Shown here in pieces: positions 53,636-64,000 of a stretch of 64,000 bases of DNA. The translations under genes and the position numbers were made by a program. The stretch is from Naegleria gruberi (taxonomy: Eukaryota): NCBI GenBank assembly GCA_000004985.1, contig GG738853.1, one strand, 5' to 3'. Below the pieces are notes generated by a model. That model was not told the DNA's origin and made no database searches. It saw nothing but the letters and a program-made list of their open reading frames with translations. Every line of letters starts with the position of its first letter. Position 1 is the first letter of the stretch.

Positions 53636-54802
53636 TTAATACATTAATGTAAATACTTCAATTTCCTTCACAATAAAGTTCTTTCCTCCAGCAAAATAGT
53701 TCTTATCAAAAGGAGCTAATGGTTGACCTACCAATGTTGAGGAAGATGCATTGTTGGCAACTGTCTGAGAGGATTGTTGTTGATCATTTGTTAGTGTGAG
53801 TGTTCCTTCCATATAGCTACATGGAAAAGTCATCGAGTCAGGCCTTGTATCACAATTATTACAAATGAAAATATCGTGACCAGAGCCAAATGTTGGCCCA
53901 TTTACCAGTCTATTTTGAATTGCATATCTGGAGGCATGGTGCTTGATTGGATGTTTTGAAGGAATATTATTTACATTCACTAAAGAGAAGAGGAATGCAT
54001 TTGGATCTCGAGAATATCCACTAAATGAATTCCAGCTGACTTCTGTGTATCCTCCAAAGATGCAATTATTTGAGGTTCGAATAATAGTAACAGTTGGTCC
54101 CTTATTGTCGCACTTTGAATGGAATGACCTCGAATCAAATCCATCTCTTGATCCTTGCCACAACAGTTTCCATTTTCTATCCTTTTCCACTCCAACAAAT
54201 GAATTCAATACTTCACATAATTCTATTGTCAAAACCTTTGTCCTTATGAATATCTTCATTCCACTTGCATAGTTGCATTCATTATTTGGAGCATATCTAT
54301 AGGAAGATGCTCTTCCTATTGAGACAAGAGATTCCAATTCAGGCATTATTTCTTCCAAATGCTCACACAAGCCAACTAATTGATAATAGTTAGCTTCCAA
54401 ATATAATCTTTTCAGAGCTAATTTATCTTCGGGAAGAACATATTGATTTCTCGACCCAGAAGCTCTCAAATAATTGAGAATGAATGGAAAATAGGTTGGA
54501 TCTCTGTCTAGAAAAATTCTTCCTTTCTCATCAGTAGTAAACGGGATTGATCCTTCCAACATGATGGAAAACATATTATCTGGATAATACTCTTCTTGAT
54601 CATCTTGATGCTTATTAATATTCGGAATTTTGTAAATTATTGTCTCTTTAAGAATGGTAAACTTTTTCCCACCAACATTCAGATGAACGAGAGTGTCATC
54701 AGAGTATCTATTTGGTGATTGCTCTTCAAGAGCTTGCTTCACTGCAATCTGTATTCTACTCTCCAATTGATCCAATAATTCCTCGGATAAAGTCGTGCTC
54801 AT
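53636..54802 (-). CDS. BTB/POZ (T1/KCTD-type) + TLDc domain protein, ~388 aa
   Basis: LVHLNVGGKKFTILKETI...MLEGSIPFTTDEKGRIFLDRDPTYFPFILNYLRASG is a T1-type BTB domain. WKLLWQGSRDGFDSRSFHSKCDNKGPTVTIIRTSNNCIFGGYTEVSWNS...DPNAFLFSL is a TLDc domain. The track start 54832 is a TTG. The first ATG (MSTTLSEELL) is at 54802. Confidence 0.6.
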   Translation of the reverse strand: MSTTLSEELLDQLESRIQIAVKQALEEQSPNRYSDDTLVHLNVGGKKFTILKETIIYKIPNINKHQDDQEEYYPDNMFSIMLEGSIPFTTDEKGRIFLDRDPTYFPFILNYLRASGSRNQYVLPEDKLALKRLYLEANYYQLVGLCEHLEEIMPELESLVSIGRASSYRYAPNNECNYASGMKIFIRTKVLTIELCEVLNSFVGVEKDRKWKLLWQGSRDGFDSRSFHSKCDNKGPTVTIIRTSNNCIFGGYTEVSWNSFSGYSRDPNAFLFSLVNVNNIPSKHPIKHHASRYAIQNRLVNGPTFGSGHDIFICNNCDTRPDSMTFPCSYMEGTLTLTNDQQQSSQTVANNASSSTLVGQPLAPFDKNYFAGGKNFIVKEIEVFTLMY

Positions 54803-54883
54803 TGTATTGTTATTTTTTCTAACTGAATGCAACCGACTTTACTAAGGAAATAGATTAATTGAACCTACTGGTAAATATAACCT

Positions 54884-56059
54884 CTATCGACGTTCAATTA
54901 AAATTCCATGCATTCCCCATCTGCTAACACCCTCTATAAATATTCCAAGACATAGACCAGAACATAATGTTCCAATATTGAAATAGCCAGTAGATCTGAA
55001 TAGTGGAATAATAATCAGAAATAAAAAATAATGATGCATGTGAAGGTAATGTGTCTTTCTAACATGTGACAGAGAAATGTAAACTATTGAAACAAACAGA
55101 AAGAAGAAAAAATAGCCAAGTGCATAAGCAATTAAAATATCGATACCAGATTTTGTAATGAAAGTAAATATTTGGAGACCAATCACTACAAGTAAAGCAA
55201 TAGCTGATATCAAGACTCCAATCCATTCAAAAATTCTAATTTCTTTCCACCTATTTGAGTTTGCAATTCTATCACCAAATAATTGTAAAAATTCAATTTT
55301 GTCTAAATAAGTGAATTGAAGTCCAATATAATAAGCTATAACGAAAATTCCATTATTTAAAAAGTAGGAAAATGCTGTTGATGTAGTAGATGTCTCAATA
55401 CAACTCATAACTCCAACTAAATAAATTGGAAAATACACAAAAATATCCTTCTTAGATCTCTTCCTGTTTTCTACCAGTTTAAAAGATCTAGGGCTCAATA
55501 AATTAATCAACTCACTACATGTACCCTCTCTATCTTGCAGATAATATTTGGAAAATTCTCTAAATGATCTTCCCCTTATAGATTCTATCAACTTTTTGAA
55601 AAAGTGCTTAATCCAAAAAACATGTCCAAACTCCTCAACACTAAACTCTTCATTCTGAACATTTTTCTGTTGCACCACCACAAGTTCTCTATACAAACAT
55701 CTTTGCTCCGTAACATTGGATACGTAGAAAAATCCCATCACCAACAATATCATATACCACATCCACTTGAAAATCTCATTCACAATTTCATATCCAAAAA
55801 TCTGAATATCCGGACAAGCCCAAAACCCAATCACCAATACAACACTATTCAATATTACAAAATATAAAAATCCAATTCCTATTAATTTCACTCTCGATTT
55901 CCAATAATCTCCATCATAGGAAGCATATCTAATTTCCACTACTTCCTTCGGTCCAGATAAATCATCTTGTTCATTGGATTGTTCATCACCATCGGAGGCT
56001 CGCTGAATATCATCATCATCACTACCATTATCAATGGGTACTCCTTCCAATAATGCCAT
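54884..56059 (-). CDS. hypothetical multi-pass membrane protein (391 aa) with His-rich C-terminal TM segment
   Basis: ATG verified. At least 7 hydrophobic segments. Conserved-looking SHVRKTHYLHMHHYF near the C-terminus. Acidic N-terminus. Confidence 0.4.
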   Translation of the reverse strand: MALLEGVPIDNGSDDDDIQRASDGDEQSNEQDDLSGPKEVVEIRYASYDGDYWKSRVKLIGIGFLYFVILNSVVLVIGFWACPDIQIFGYEIVNEIFKWMWYMILLVMGFFYVSNVTEQRCLYRELVVVQQKNVQNEEFSVEEFGHVFWIKHFFKKLIESIRGRSFREFSKYYLQDREGTCSELINLLSPRSFKLVENRKRSKKDIFVYFPIYLVGVMSCIETSTTSTAFSYFLNNGIFVIAYYIGLQFTYLDKIEFLQLFGDRIANSNRWKEIRIFEWIGVLISAIALLVVIGLQIFTFITKSGIDILIAYALGYFFFFLFVSIVYISLSHVRKTHYLHMHHYFLFLIIIPLFRSTGYFNIGTLCSGLCLGIFIEGVSRWGMHGILIERR

Positions 56060-56304
56060 TTTTTTTAATTTGCTATTTAATAATTATATTACAATTTTTT
56101 AAAAATGAAAATGGCGGGAAATATTTAACTTGAATTTTTCTGTGATTATTAACTCAGTTTCATCATTCAAATTGAAACCTGCTAATAGAAATTTTCCACG
56201 CAATAACAAGCCAAACATTCATCCTTGAACATAATTCTCCTTTTGTTTGTCGCAGTGGTTGTAGTTGACTGCGCCATCAACAACAATTTAACCATCCATA
56301 AAAA

Positions 56305-57970
56305 ATGATTCTAAACACTCTCGTGCTATGTTTCGTCTATGTACCTGCTGGATGTCTCTTGTTTGTATCTCTTTTTTTATTAGAAAGATACATACAATAT
56401 AAGAAACTCTGTAAATAGTATGAACACTTGCCAGGTATCACTCAATTCCTTCCACCACAACTTTCCAGTCGTTTACCTAAATGGATCCTTCCTGCTGGTA
56501 TAATTTCTGACCCATACGAAACCCTCAGTCCAGAAACCATTATCAAAACCATCAAGACTGTCAAATGTGATTATTACAAGGTCATTTTTGGAATTATCAA
56601 CTTGCCATTGATTATTGTGGACTCACCTGAATTTTCCAAAGAAGTTGCAACAAAATCTGCAAAACTTTATAAGAAAACTTTCTTTTCCAAGAGAACTTTC
56701 TTGGAATTCTTTTATGGAACGAATGTTTTTGCTGAGGAGGATCATCAGGTTTGGTCTCAACATCGTCAATTAATTGATCAGAGCTTTGTACCATCAAATT
56801 TGAAACTTGTGGCTAAGGTTACTGATCAAGTTATTGAGAAGGATATGATTCCTGCTATTGAATCAAAATTGGAAAAGAGAGATGTTATGGTTGACTTTGC
56901 TAATTTAACAATGGTATGTTTTTAAAGGAATAGATTTTTCTTACAATGATAGGATGTAATTGGACATGCTGCCTTTGGTTATGCTCTTGATTCATTCCAT
57001 TCGAAACCAGGAGAAGAAACTATGGATAAAAAGACAAGTATATTTTTGGAGAAGGCAGATTTTTTGAGAATTATTCCATCAAAATTCTTGAGAATGAATT
57101 TAAGAATTGGTCCAGTTGGTGAGATCCATAGAGTTTGTGATTCATTCAGTGAAGTTATTAAAAAGATTATTGAGAAGAGGGAAAAGACTGGATTGACTGG
57201 AGAAGAGTCAGCTGATGATGCTTTATCTCTCTTATTGAAAGAAAGAAGAAATAATAGAGAGAATTCAACTGGAGGAGGAATTTTAACTGATGAAGAATTG
57301 ATTTCTAATGCTTTCGTATTGCTAGTTGCTGGTAAGTAGGATTTAGACTACTGGTATTTCTAATAATTTTAAAGGACATGAAACTACTGCACGTACTCTT
57401 GGTTTCCTACTGTACCTTCTTTCCAAGAATCCACACATTCAACAAGAACTTCACAATGCTCTGGATAAATTAGTGGAAGAAACAGGAAGAGAAACTTTTG
57501 ATTATTCAGATTACGAAAGTGGAAGATTGGACTATGTCAAGGCAGTTTTTAATGAAACATTGAGATTGGTTCCAGTTGCTTTTGGTATTTTCAGAGAATT
57601 ACCAAAGAAGGTTGAATGTAATGGTGTTTCACTTCCAAAAGATTCAATTGTTGCAGTTTCTTTTGTAAATACTTTGGTCAATGAGAAATATTGGGAAGAT
57701 CCATTAGAATTTAAACCTATGAGATTTATTAAGGATGGTAAATTCCACAATCCTCAAAGTAATCCGTTTGTATTTACTGTTTTTGGAGTTGGTGGAAGAA
57801 TCTGTGCTGGTCGTTACTTTGCTCTTGTGGAAGGAATTTGTGCATTGGCCAAGTTGGCTAGACGTTATTCATTCAAACTTCCAGATCCAAGTCATGTCAT
57901 GAAGGTTGAAATGGCTGTCACACTAAGACCAACAGAAAAACTATTGATTGACTTTGTGCCTCGTAAATAA
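56305..57970 (+). CDS. cytochrome P450 monooxygenase; join(56305..56364,56419..56913,56953..57331,57375..57970), ~509 aa
   Basis: Exon 1 is the N-terminal membrane anchor MILNTLVLCFVYVPAGCLLF (aaaaaATGatt). Introns are 54, 39 and 43 nt (GTATCT, GTATGT, GTAAGT). The I-helix AGHETT is rebuilt across intron 3 (LLVAG|HETTART). The PERF-like region is present. The heme-binding loop is FGVGGRICAGRYFA (FxxGxRxCxG). The track start 56428 is a TTG. Confidence 0.75.
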
Positions 57971-57977
57971 AAATGAT

Positions 57978-59258
57978 TTATTGGAACATTTTATTAAACA
58001 TTGCCTTTTCCTTCTTTGTTTGTTCAGCAATGGCATTGTTGATCTTGACCAAGAATGATTTAGCAGAGGCAAGTAATTGGATTTGAGTTTCTTCAGTTAC
58101 ATTGGCACAAACTTCAACACATTGTTCGAGAGTAGTCTTGGATTCTTCAAGTTCTCCAAGAGATTGATAAGATTGAGCCTTTCTATAGTATGCCTTAATG
58201 TTTTCTCTATCAACATCCAAAACTTTGTTACATTCATCGATGGCAAACTTCCAGTTTGATTGTTTGACATAGATGGCTCCCAAATTGCTGTGACATGAAG
58301 AAATAATTTGAGCTCTCTTCTTCTTTTGATCTTCTGGTTCATCGTCTGGCTTTTCATCTTCAATGAATCTCAAAGCTCTTTCGTATCTCTTCTTGGCGAG
58401 TTCAAGTCTATTCTTCTTGAAAAGTTCATTACCTTGTTCCTTCTTTGATTCGGCAAGATTCAACTTTTCGAGAGCTTCTATTTCCCAAGCATTCTTTTCA
58501 TTTTCGATGGCTGTCACGGTTACTTCCATTTTAACGGTATGAGTGCCCTTAATCAATTCAGTTTCGAAAACCTTCTTGAATTCAGCAGTGTGACCAGTGT
58601 ATTCAAGATATTTACAAGGTCTGAAATGTGTAACAGTAAAGATTGCCTTTTCATTCAATTTCATTGAACCAACAGCATCTTCCACAAATCCAACAACATT
58701 TTCATCTCCAAAAACAAGGGTAACATTATCACGTTGTTCCAAAACTTGTTCCCCTTCATAGATCTTATAATTACAAACAGCAGTAGCACCTTCTTCCTCA
58801 GCATTTCTCCATCCTTCTCCTTTTGACAAAACTTTCTTTGTAATACCTTGAGTAACTTCCATTTCATCATTAAAATCAAGCAATTCAACTTCGAAATTCA
58901 AGGTACTATTTGGTGGAATAGATGGTGGAGAACCACTCTTACCATAAGCATATTCTGGTTTCAATGTGAAAAGAGCAAGTTCACCTCTTTTCATTGTGGC
59001 AACACCTTCATCCCAACCTTTTATAACTTGTCCTTCACCAATCTTGAATTTGAAAGGTTCATTTCTATCTCTACTACTATCAAACTTGTTACCATTACTA
59101 GCCAATGTACCATGATAGTGAACAGTAACTTCGGAACCACTTGGTGGTGTATCCACTTGATCTTCAGGTGCAAATCTGAGAATCTTTTTAATAATACCAC
59201 CATCACCCAAAACATCAACAATACTTTGATCATTCATGACAATATCTTCGGAGGACAT
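57978..59258 (-). CDS. FKBP-type peptidyl-prolyl isomerase with C-terminal TPR domain (FKBP4/5-like immunophilin), 426 aa
   Basis: FKBP domain ([67 protein letters not shown]), a second FKBP-like domain, then TPR repeats ([20 protein letters not shown]...). Confidence 0.8.
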   Translation of the reverse strand: MSSEDIVMNDQSIVDVLGDGGIIKKILRFAPEDQVDTPPSGSEVTVHYHGTLASNGNKFDSSRDRNEPFKFKIGEGQVIKGWDEGVATMKRGELALFTLKPEYAYGKSGSPPSIPPNSTLNFEVELLDFNDEMEVTQGITKKVLSKGEGWRNAEEEGATAVCNYKIYEGEQVLEQRDNVTLVFGDENVVGFVEDAVGSMKLNEKAIFTVTHFRPCKYLEYTGHTAEFKKVFETELIKGTHTVKMEVTVTAIENEKNAWEIEALEKLNLAESKKEQGNELFKKNRLELAKKRYERALRFIEDEKPDDEPEDQKKKRAQIISSCHSNLGAIYVKQSNWKFAIDECNKVLDVDRENIKAYYRKAQSYQSLGELEESKTTLEQCVEVCANVTEETQIQLLASAKSFLVKINNAIAEQTKKEKAMFNKMFQ

Positions 59259-59498
59259 TTTCTATGATTTAATTGATTAAATTGAAGAATAAATAAAGGA
59301 TTAATTGTGTTGTATTTTTTTTGATTAAAATTCCGAATTTTTCATCACAACTTTTTAAATAGTTTTTCGGAATTTCTAGTTCATCAACATTCCGAAAAAC
59401 TTTCAGCTTCATCATATCTTGGAAGAAGTTTTCATAGAGAAATAATTCCCTGTAATTGATTTGTAGCCAGTAATTTGATTCAATAAGATTTGTAAAAA

Positions 59499-60602
59499 AT
59501 GTCTCGATCGAATCAATTTCCAAAGAATTTTCAAACAATTGTTGATGAAATTAAAATTGATAATCAATTTAAATTAATTGAATTAACAAATTCTAACAAG
59601 GAAATTCATATTCTCGATGTTCAAATTACCTTTTGCAATTTATTTGTCTTATTCGGAGCTGTGAAAAATCAATCCAATGATGAAACTCTTATTGTTCAAA
59701 ATTTAAAAACAAGAGAAGAGGAAATTGTTGAATGGAAAGTAATTGAAAACCCAATGGAAATTAAGAAAATACTTCGAATGCAAACTCATATGAATTATGG
59801 ATTATTGTTATTGATTGAAAAGAGGAATGGAAGATTTGCAATTTATTATATTGATGAAGAATTGATGAAATTTGTGGAATTGTGTGAAATAGAATTGGAG
59901 AATGTGAAGGATTTTGCAATTTCTACATTTCAGGTGAATGGTTTGATTGGATTATTGGTCAATCAGAAGAATGAACTGTTTAAATTCTCAATTCTAGATC
60001 AAAATGTTCAAAATATTGAAAAACTGACCATTGAAACATCTGCTACCATTTGTTCACTCAATTCTGGTGCCTATCACTTTACCATTCTCGATCAAGATGG
60101 TTCAGTATTTTGTTTTGGAAATAATTCTTATATGCAATGTGGAATTTCGCATGAAACCTATGATGACAAGATTGACTTTCCCAGATTTATTGAGGAGAGA
60201 CCTCTTCCTTTGGAAATTCTTAGAGGAGACGTTCAAATAAGAAAGACATGCTGCGGAGCATCCCACACCTTGCTATTGAGCCAAGATAATTGTCTCTATG
60301 TTATGGGAAGTAACAATGAAAATCAATGTGGTTTCATTGGTGAGGAAAAGTTTCTTCCTGGGCCAGTTCTATTGGAAAGTAATGAAGAAGAAGCTTTAGA
60401 AGAGAGAATTTTGGATGCTTGTTGTGGTCCCAACTATTCTGTCATTCTAGTAGAAGGAATGAAAGATGAAACTTTCAATCATATTCTCGTTTCAGGAAAA
60501 CGTTTAGGATTCAACAAACTTGACAAATTCAAGAAATTGAAAACAACAAATGCAACGAGAATTTACTGTAGCTCAATGGGCTCTTTCATTGTAACATGTT
60601 AA
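59499..60602 (+). CDS. RCC1-repeat (beta-propeller)-containing protein, 367 aa
   Basis: Repeated blades with the RCC1 pattern (VFCFGNNSYMQCGISHE; CGASHTLLLSQDNCLYVMGSNNENQCGF; CCGPNYSVILVEG). The N-terminal ~170 aa are unassigned. Confidence 0.5.
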   Translation: MSRSNQFPKNFQTIVDEIKIDNQFKLIELTNSNKEIHILDVQITFCNLFVLFGAVKNQSNDETLIVQNLKTREEEIVEWKVIENPMEIKKILRMQTHMNYGLLLLIEKRNGRFAIYYIDEELMKFVELCEIELENVKDFAISTFQVNGLIGLLVNQKNELFKFSILDQNVQNIEKLTIETSATICSLNSGAYHFTILDQDGSVFCFGNNSYMQCGISHETYDDKIDFPRFIEERPLPLEILRGDVQIRKTCCGASHTLLLSQDNCLYVMGSNNENQCGFIGEEKFLPGPVLLESNEEEALEERILDACCGPNYSVILVEGMKDETFNHILVSGKRLGFNKLDKFKKLKTTNATRIYCSSMGSFIVTC

Positions 60603-60681
60603 TCTGTCCAATGGTGATGACGATGATCATTCAAATTCAATCTGTATCCATCACAAATTAACACATTAACACTTTAAAAAA

Positions 60682-61761
60682 ATGGCTCAAATAGAATCTC
60701 TGCCAACTGACATGATTTTTCACATGATGCAGTTTTGTGATTTTGATGAGATGAATTCCGTCATGATGGTATCCAGTGAATGGTTTAGAACTTCACTCAA
60801 TTTTAAATTTGACAAACAATTTGGCTCATACGGTTATGAGAAAGATATTGATGAAAGTAATAGAAAATTTAAGGAATTATCGGATCTTACCTCATCACTA
60901 TTAATCAACTCACTCTATATTCATGGTCGTGTATCTGATGAGATGATTACAATTTTTTCAAAATCACAAAATTTGATAAATTTAACTAAATTGAACATTA
61001 GAGATTGGGATGATAAAATTAATGTAGAACCCTTGTTTAGTGGAATGGTATTGAAGAATTTAACCGAGTTAGATATTGATAGAGTGAGAATTGGAGATGA
61101 AGGATTCAAAGCATTGAGCAAGAGTTCATACATTAAGAATTTGACATATTTAAGAGCTTTTTGGGCTGGACATTCATATTTGGCTGCTAAATATGTTGCA
61201 GAAAGTGAAAACTTTTCAAATTTAACATTTCTTGATCTGAGTAATTTGTATGAAAACCCTGTTGAAGGAGTGAGATGTATGTGTCAAAGTCCATTTCTAT
61301 CAAATTTGAAACATATTGGACTTTCTCATTTTGCCAATGATGATGTTATGAAATTATTAGAAGAAAGTAATTATTTGACTAAATTAGAAACCATAATGTT
61401 GGATAGAGGAGATTTTACACTTGAACCATTCAAACTATTCCTCAACAGTAATAATGCAAAGAATTTAACTGATCTATACTTTGAATATACTGAATTGGGT
61501 GTTGAAGGTGTAAAGATTATTGCAGAATGCCCAAACATGATAAATTTGAAATGTTTAGACATTACCCACGCATATGTTGGAGATGAGGGTGCAAGATACA
61601 TTATAGAGAGCAAGTATTTGAAGAATTTGACGCAGCTTGAGTATTATCCAAACGATCCTTATTATGAATATTATGAAGGAGAAAATTTTAGTGAGGAAAT
61701 GAGGCTGTCTATTGAGAGATTTCTTACATCAAACATTAATAGACATTATGAACAAAATTAA
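60682..61761 (+). CDS. F-box + RNI-type LRR protein, 359 aa
   Basis: F-box-like LPTDMIFHMMQFCDFDEMNSVMMVSSEWF. LRR units with xxIGDEGxKxLSxxxxLKNLTxL periodicity. Confidence 0.55.
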   Translation: MAQIESLPTDMIFHMMQFCDFDEMNSVMMVSSEWFRTSLNFKFDKQFGSYGYEKDIDESNRKFKELSDLTSSLLINSLYIHGRVSDEMITIFSKSQNLINLTKLNIRDWDDKINVEPLFSGMVLKNLTELDIDRVRIGDEGFKALSKSSYIKNLTYLRAFWAGHSYLAAKYVAESENFSNLTFLDLSNLYENPVEGVRCMCQSPFLSNLKHIGLSHFANDDVMKLLEESNYLTKLETIMLDRGDFTLEPFKLFLNSNNAKNLTDLYFEYTELGVEGVKIIAECPNMINLKCLDITHAYVGDEGARYIIESKYLKNLTQLEYYPNDPYYEYYEGENFSEEMRLSIERFLTSNINRHYEQN

Positions 61762-62119
61762 AGATCATGCAAAGATTTCTACATTGATTTTGTTAATGCA
61801 ATATGTTATTGTAGTTGAGTTGAACATGAAGTATTGACAGAATTATTGACAGACGGATAGAAGACCAGTGAGCGTTTACAACCATAGATAGAGTTTTAAT
61901 GTAGTCAAGTAAGGAAATGAGTCTATTGAGATTTCTCAATGAATTTGTTTACTTCCTTGTGTTTAAATTCTCAAAGAGGTAATGATGCAGTTTGATAATT
62001 AAAATCTATTAATGAAAGTGTTGAAAAATTGGGTTTTATGCTGCAAGTGAAGAGTCGGGATTGAAACAGTACTTGTTTGGCATTCACAAATCTCTTGTCA
62101 AAAAATTCAAACACAAAAA

Positions 62120-62365
62120 ATGTCATCCTCACCTTCTGATCAACAACAACCAACACAACAAACTCTCACAGTCAAAACAGATACAGCTACCTATGCAAGT
62201 CCTCTCATAAATAAATACAAGGAATCAGAAGACCACGAAGAAAATACCTTTGGAGATATCCCAGAAAATCATCACGTTCGTATGAGAAGTATTTTCAATC
62301 ATGATGTGGCAACATTGACTTTGGATGAAGACTGGTCCGATGATTTGGAAAACGAAAAACACTAA
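62120..62365 (+). CDS. possible small acidic protein (81 aa); the coding status is uncertain
   Basis: ATG with an A-rich context (acacaaaaaATG). Q/T-rich N-terminus then an acidic tail. No family. Confidence 0.2.
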   Translation: MSSSPSDQQQPTQQTLTVKTDTATYASPLINKYKESEDHEENTFGDIPENHHVRMRSIFNHDVATLTLDEDWSDDLENEKH

Positions 62366-62440
62366 CTTATCAATGTGTTTCCAATAAGTTGCGAACACAA
62401 AATAATACAAATCGAATGTACATAATAAATGTAAAATAAT

Positions 62441-64000
62441 TTACTTCTTTTTTGGAGGTTTCACAACAGGGAATTGGGAAGAAATTGAAAAATCAAAGAA
62501 TGGTGTTTGACTTGTTTGAGTTTCGTCTTTTGGAACCCTCGAACAAACAACCACTGAAACTGCATTAGTCTTGGCTACTTTCAATAATAATTCTAAAGAT
62601 TGTTTTTCGGATGGTGAAAGTTTGATATCTTGTTTCAAAACCATATCAATGGCCTTTTGTGTTGCCTCGAAATGATCTTTGGCAGAATCAAACAAATCCT
62701 TTTCACCAACAAATGATAAATCATTAGCTCTAGTATATGATTCAAAACTAACTGGTGGAGGTTGCATAGTATTGAAGAATGCTCTAAATCTGTTCGTAAA
62801 ACGAAGTTCGTCTGATGTGAGTGGATAATCAGTTTCTGCACTAATGTTAGTGTAAAGTCCTTTCTTATGCATGGCCATAAGGAACTGTTTGATGGTTTAC
62901 AATTAGATAATTATTAGAAAAATTAGATTCATATTACAACTTACTCTAAATAATCCTCTGTAGAATAAATTGTGAACTTCTGTTAAGGTTCTAGCATATA
63001 ATTGATATCTATTCAAATTGACTGGACCAGATTTTTTCTTTTTAACATCGGTAAACAATTTGGCCAGATTAGAACTTCTAATCTTTGTAATGTAGTCAAT
63101 ATACCAAGCAACTTGCACAATTTCTGTATGATGATAGATATCCAAATCAAAGCCAACTACCAAAGTTTGATGCATAATGTCAATAATGTAATCAATCATG
63201 AAGAGTGAGAATGAGAATAGCTATCACTCTTTCTAACTAATTCTATATTATTAACATCAATTCCAATCCAGGTAACATCAATTTGTTCTGCTCGTTGTTC
63301 AGCCAATCCTAGGTCAGCAATACAGTTATTGAAAATTCTTCTCAATCTCGACTTGTTATTACAATAAGCATTCAATATTTTCTGTATTATGTGGGAAAGA
63401 GCAGCAAGCCATTCTTGATACAATCTATCAGGAGTCTTCTTTTGCTTTTTGATTTCCTGGGCATGTTTTTCGGTAAGACAAATCACTTCAGTTTCTAAAT
63501 GCTTTTCAATCCAATCACCAAGCTTGTGCTTTCCAAAGATTAAATCATCCTGGAGTGTAGTATAGTAAAGGAAAGCTCTAGAAACAACAGAGTTTTCTGC
63601 TTTCTTTGAGAAGGAGAAATTTCTGAAAAAGTGCAATAATTGACTGAGACTTTGGACTTGTCTAACTCCCAAAACGTAATTCATTTCATTTAAATAGTTT
63701 GTAGCAATCTCGAGTGACGTCTCCATACTGAAAATTTCAATAGCTTTAAGTGGAGAGATGTAATTTCCAATCAAGGCAATATGTTTATCGAATCCAACAC
63801 TATGACTATTTAATTCCAATAATGTATTTTCATCCTTAATTTGTGTAAATAGAGCAAGACAAGTTGTAATTGATTTTTTACAATTGTTAACTTGTGGTGA
63901 AACAACACTAATCATTGAACTATGAATAATCAAGAAATTCTTTAAAGCATTAATAAATATGTATCTGCTAAACAAACCTTGATAAATGAAATTCTAGACA
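62441..64000 (-). CDS. N-alpha-acetyltransferase 35 (NAA35/MAK10, NatC auxiliary subunit)-like, 3' part; multi-exon; extends beyond the window end
   Basis: The C-terminal exon (62884..62441) parallels the human NAA35 C-terminus (LRFTNRFRAFFNTMQPPPV against RYEHRFAPFNSVMTPPPV; LKVAKTNAVSVVV against LKVAKPNFVVMKL; FFDFSISSQFPVVK against EFDFSAHKYFPVVK). A 60-nt intron GTAAGTTGTAATATG...CATCAAACAG (62885-62944) joins it in phase to ...NLFYRGLFR. The upstream exon has IMHQTLVVGFDLDIYHHTEIVQVAWYIDYI (human [30 protein letters not shown]). The junction near 63196 between track ORFs 63196..63975 and 62903..63199 could not be resolved. Confidence 0.6.

Noticed and set aside
7845-56428. ORF-track N-termini at 7845, 11276, 24031, 28414, 38514, 43534, 48138, 51974, 52322, 52637, 54832 and 56428
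   Set aside because: The first codon at each is TTG or GTG (the track evidently allows bacterial alternative starts). The true starts are downstream ATGs or upstream exons reached through introns.
1-64000. Reading the window as prokaryotic (operons, CRISPR, mobile elements), or as Dictyostelium or Entamoeba
   Set aside because: Spliceosomal introns, eukaryote-only genes (importin, AP-1, IST1, HYDIN-like) and 5S with a Pol III terminator rule out prokaryotes. A flagellar HYDIN-like gene and only moderately AT-rich intergenic DNA argue against Dictyostelium. The GTAAGT/GTATGT donors argue against Entamoeba (GTTTGT). No transposon, integrase or reverse-transcriptase ORFs were seen.

Overview
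Gene-dense segment of an AT-rich (~33-35% GC), standard-code eukaryotic nuclear genome (about 40 protein-coding genes in 64 kb). The window is not prokaryotic and has no CRISPR. Genes are interrupted by short spliceosomal introns (39-325 nt; donors GTAAGT/GTATGT/GTAGGT, acceptors mostly TAG/AAG/CAG), so many ORF-track entries are exons that have to be joined. Many track 'M' starts are actually TTG or GTG (for example 7845, 11276, 38514, 51974, 52322, 54832, 56428) and are not real initiators. Recognisable genes are: the C-terminal ~1,880 aa of a HYDIN-like ASH-domain ciliary protein; two diverged importin-alpha paralogs 5 kb apart; V-ATPase subunit B; NOB1; AP-1 gamma adaptin; IST1; a complete 4-exon dihydropyrimidine dehydrogenase; a penicillin-amidase (Ntn-hydrolase) family gene with a separate 2-TM N-terminal exon; a cytochrome P450; an FKBP-TPR immunophilin; a glycerophosphodiester phosphodiesterase; a dual-specificity phosphatase with a UBA tail; an ADP-ribosylglycohydrolase; DENND6-like; NAA35/MAK10 (partial); Yae1-like; BTB+TLDc; an RCC1-like protein; several F-box/RNI-type LRR proteins, one built from a 13-copy 72-bp coding tandem repeat; a membrane protein with a retropepsin-like domain; and a nucleotidyltransferase-superfamily RNA ligase (KxDG / EGFVIR / KMYKIK motifs) reminiscent of the Naegleria NgrRnl/Rnl5 type. 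There are two dispersed, near-identical 5S rRNA genes, each followed by a T5 terminator. Gene content (a flagellar HYDIN-like gene, F-box/LRR expansions, dispersed 5S, short introns, bacterial-type enzymes) is most consistent with a free-living amoeboflagellate-like protist, possibly a heterolobosean such as Naegleria, but this is an inference only. Non-coding signals worth a second look are E2F-like TTTSGCGC motifs upstream of both importin-alpha genes and doubled in one divergent promoter, a GT-skewed ~350-bp tract between convergent genes, and clustered TTCGAA motifs in a divergent promoter. All intron coordinates are hand-derived and may be off by 1-2 nt.
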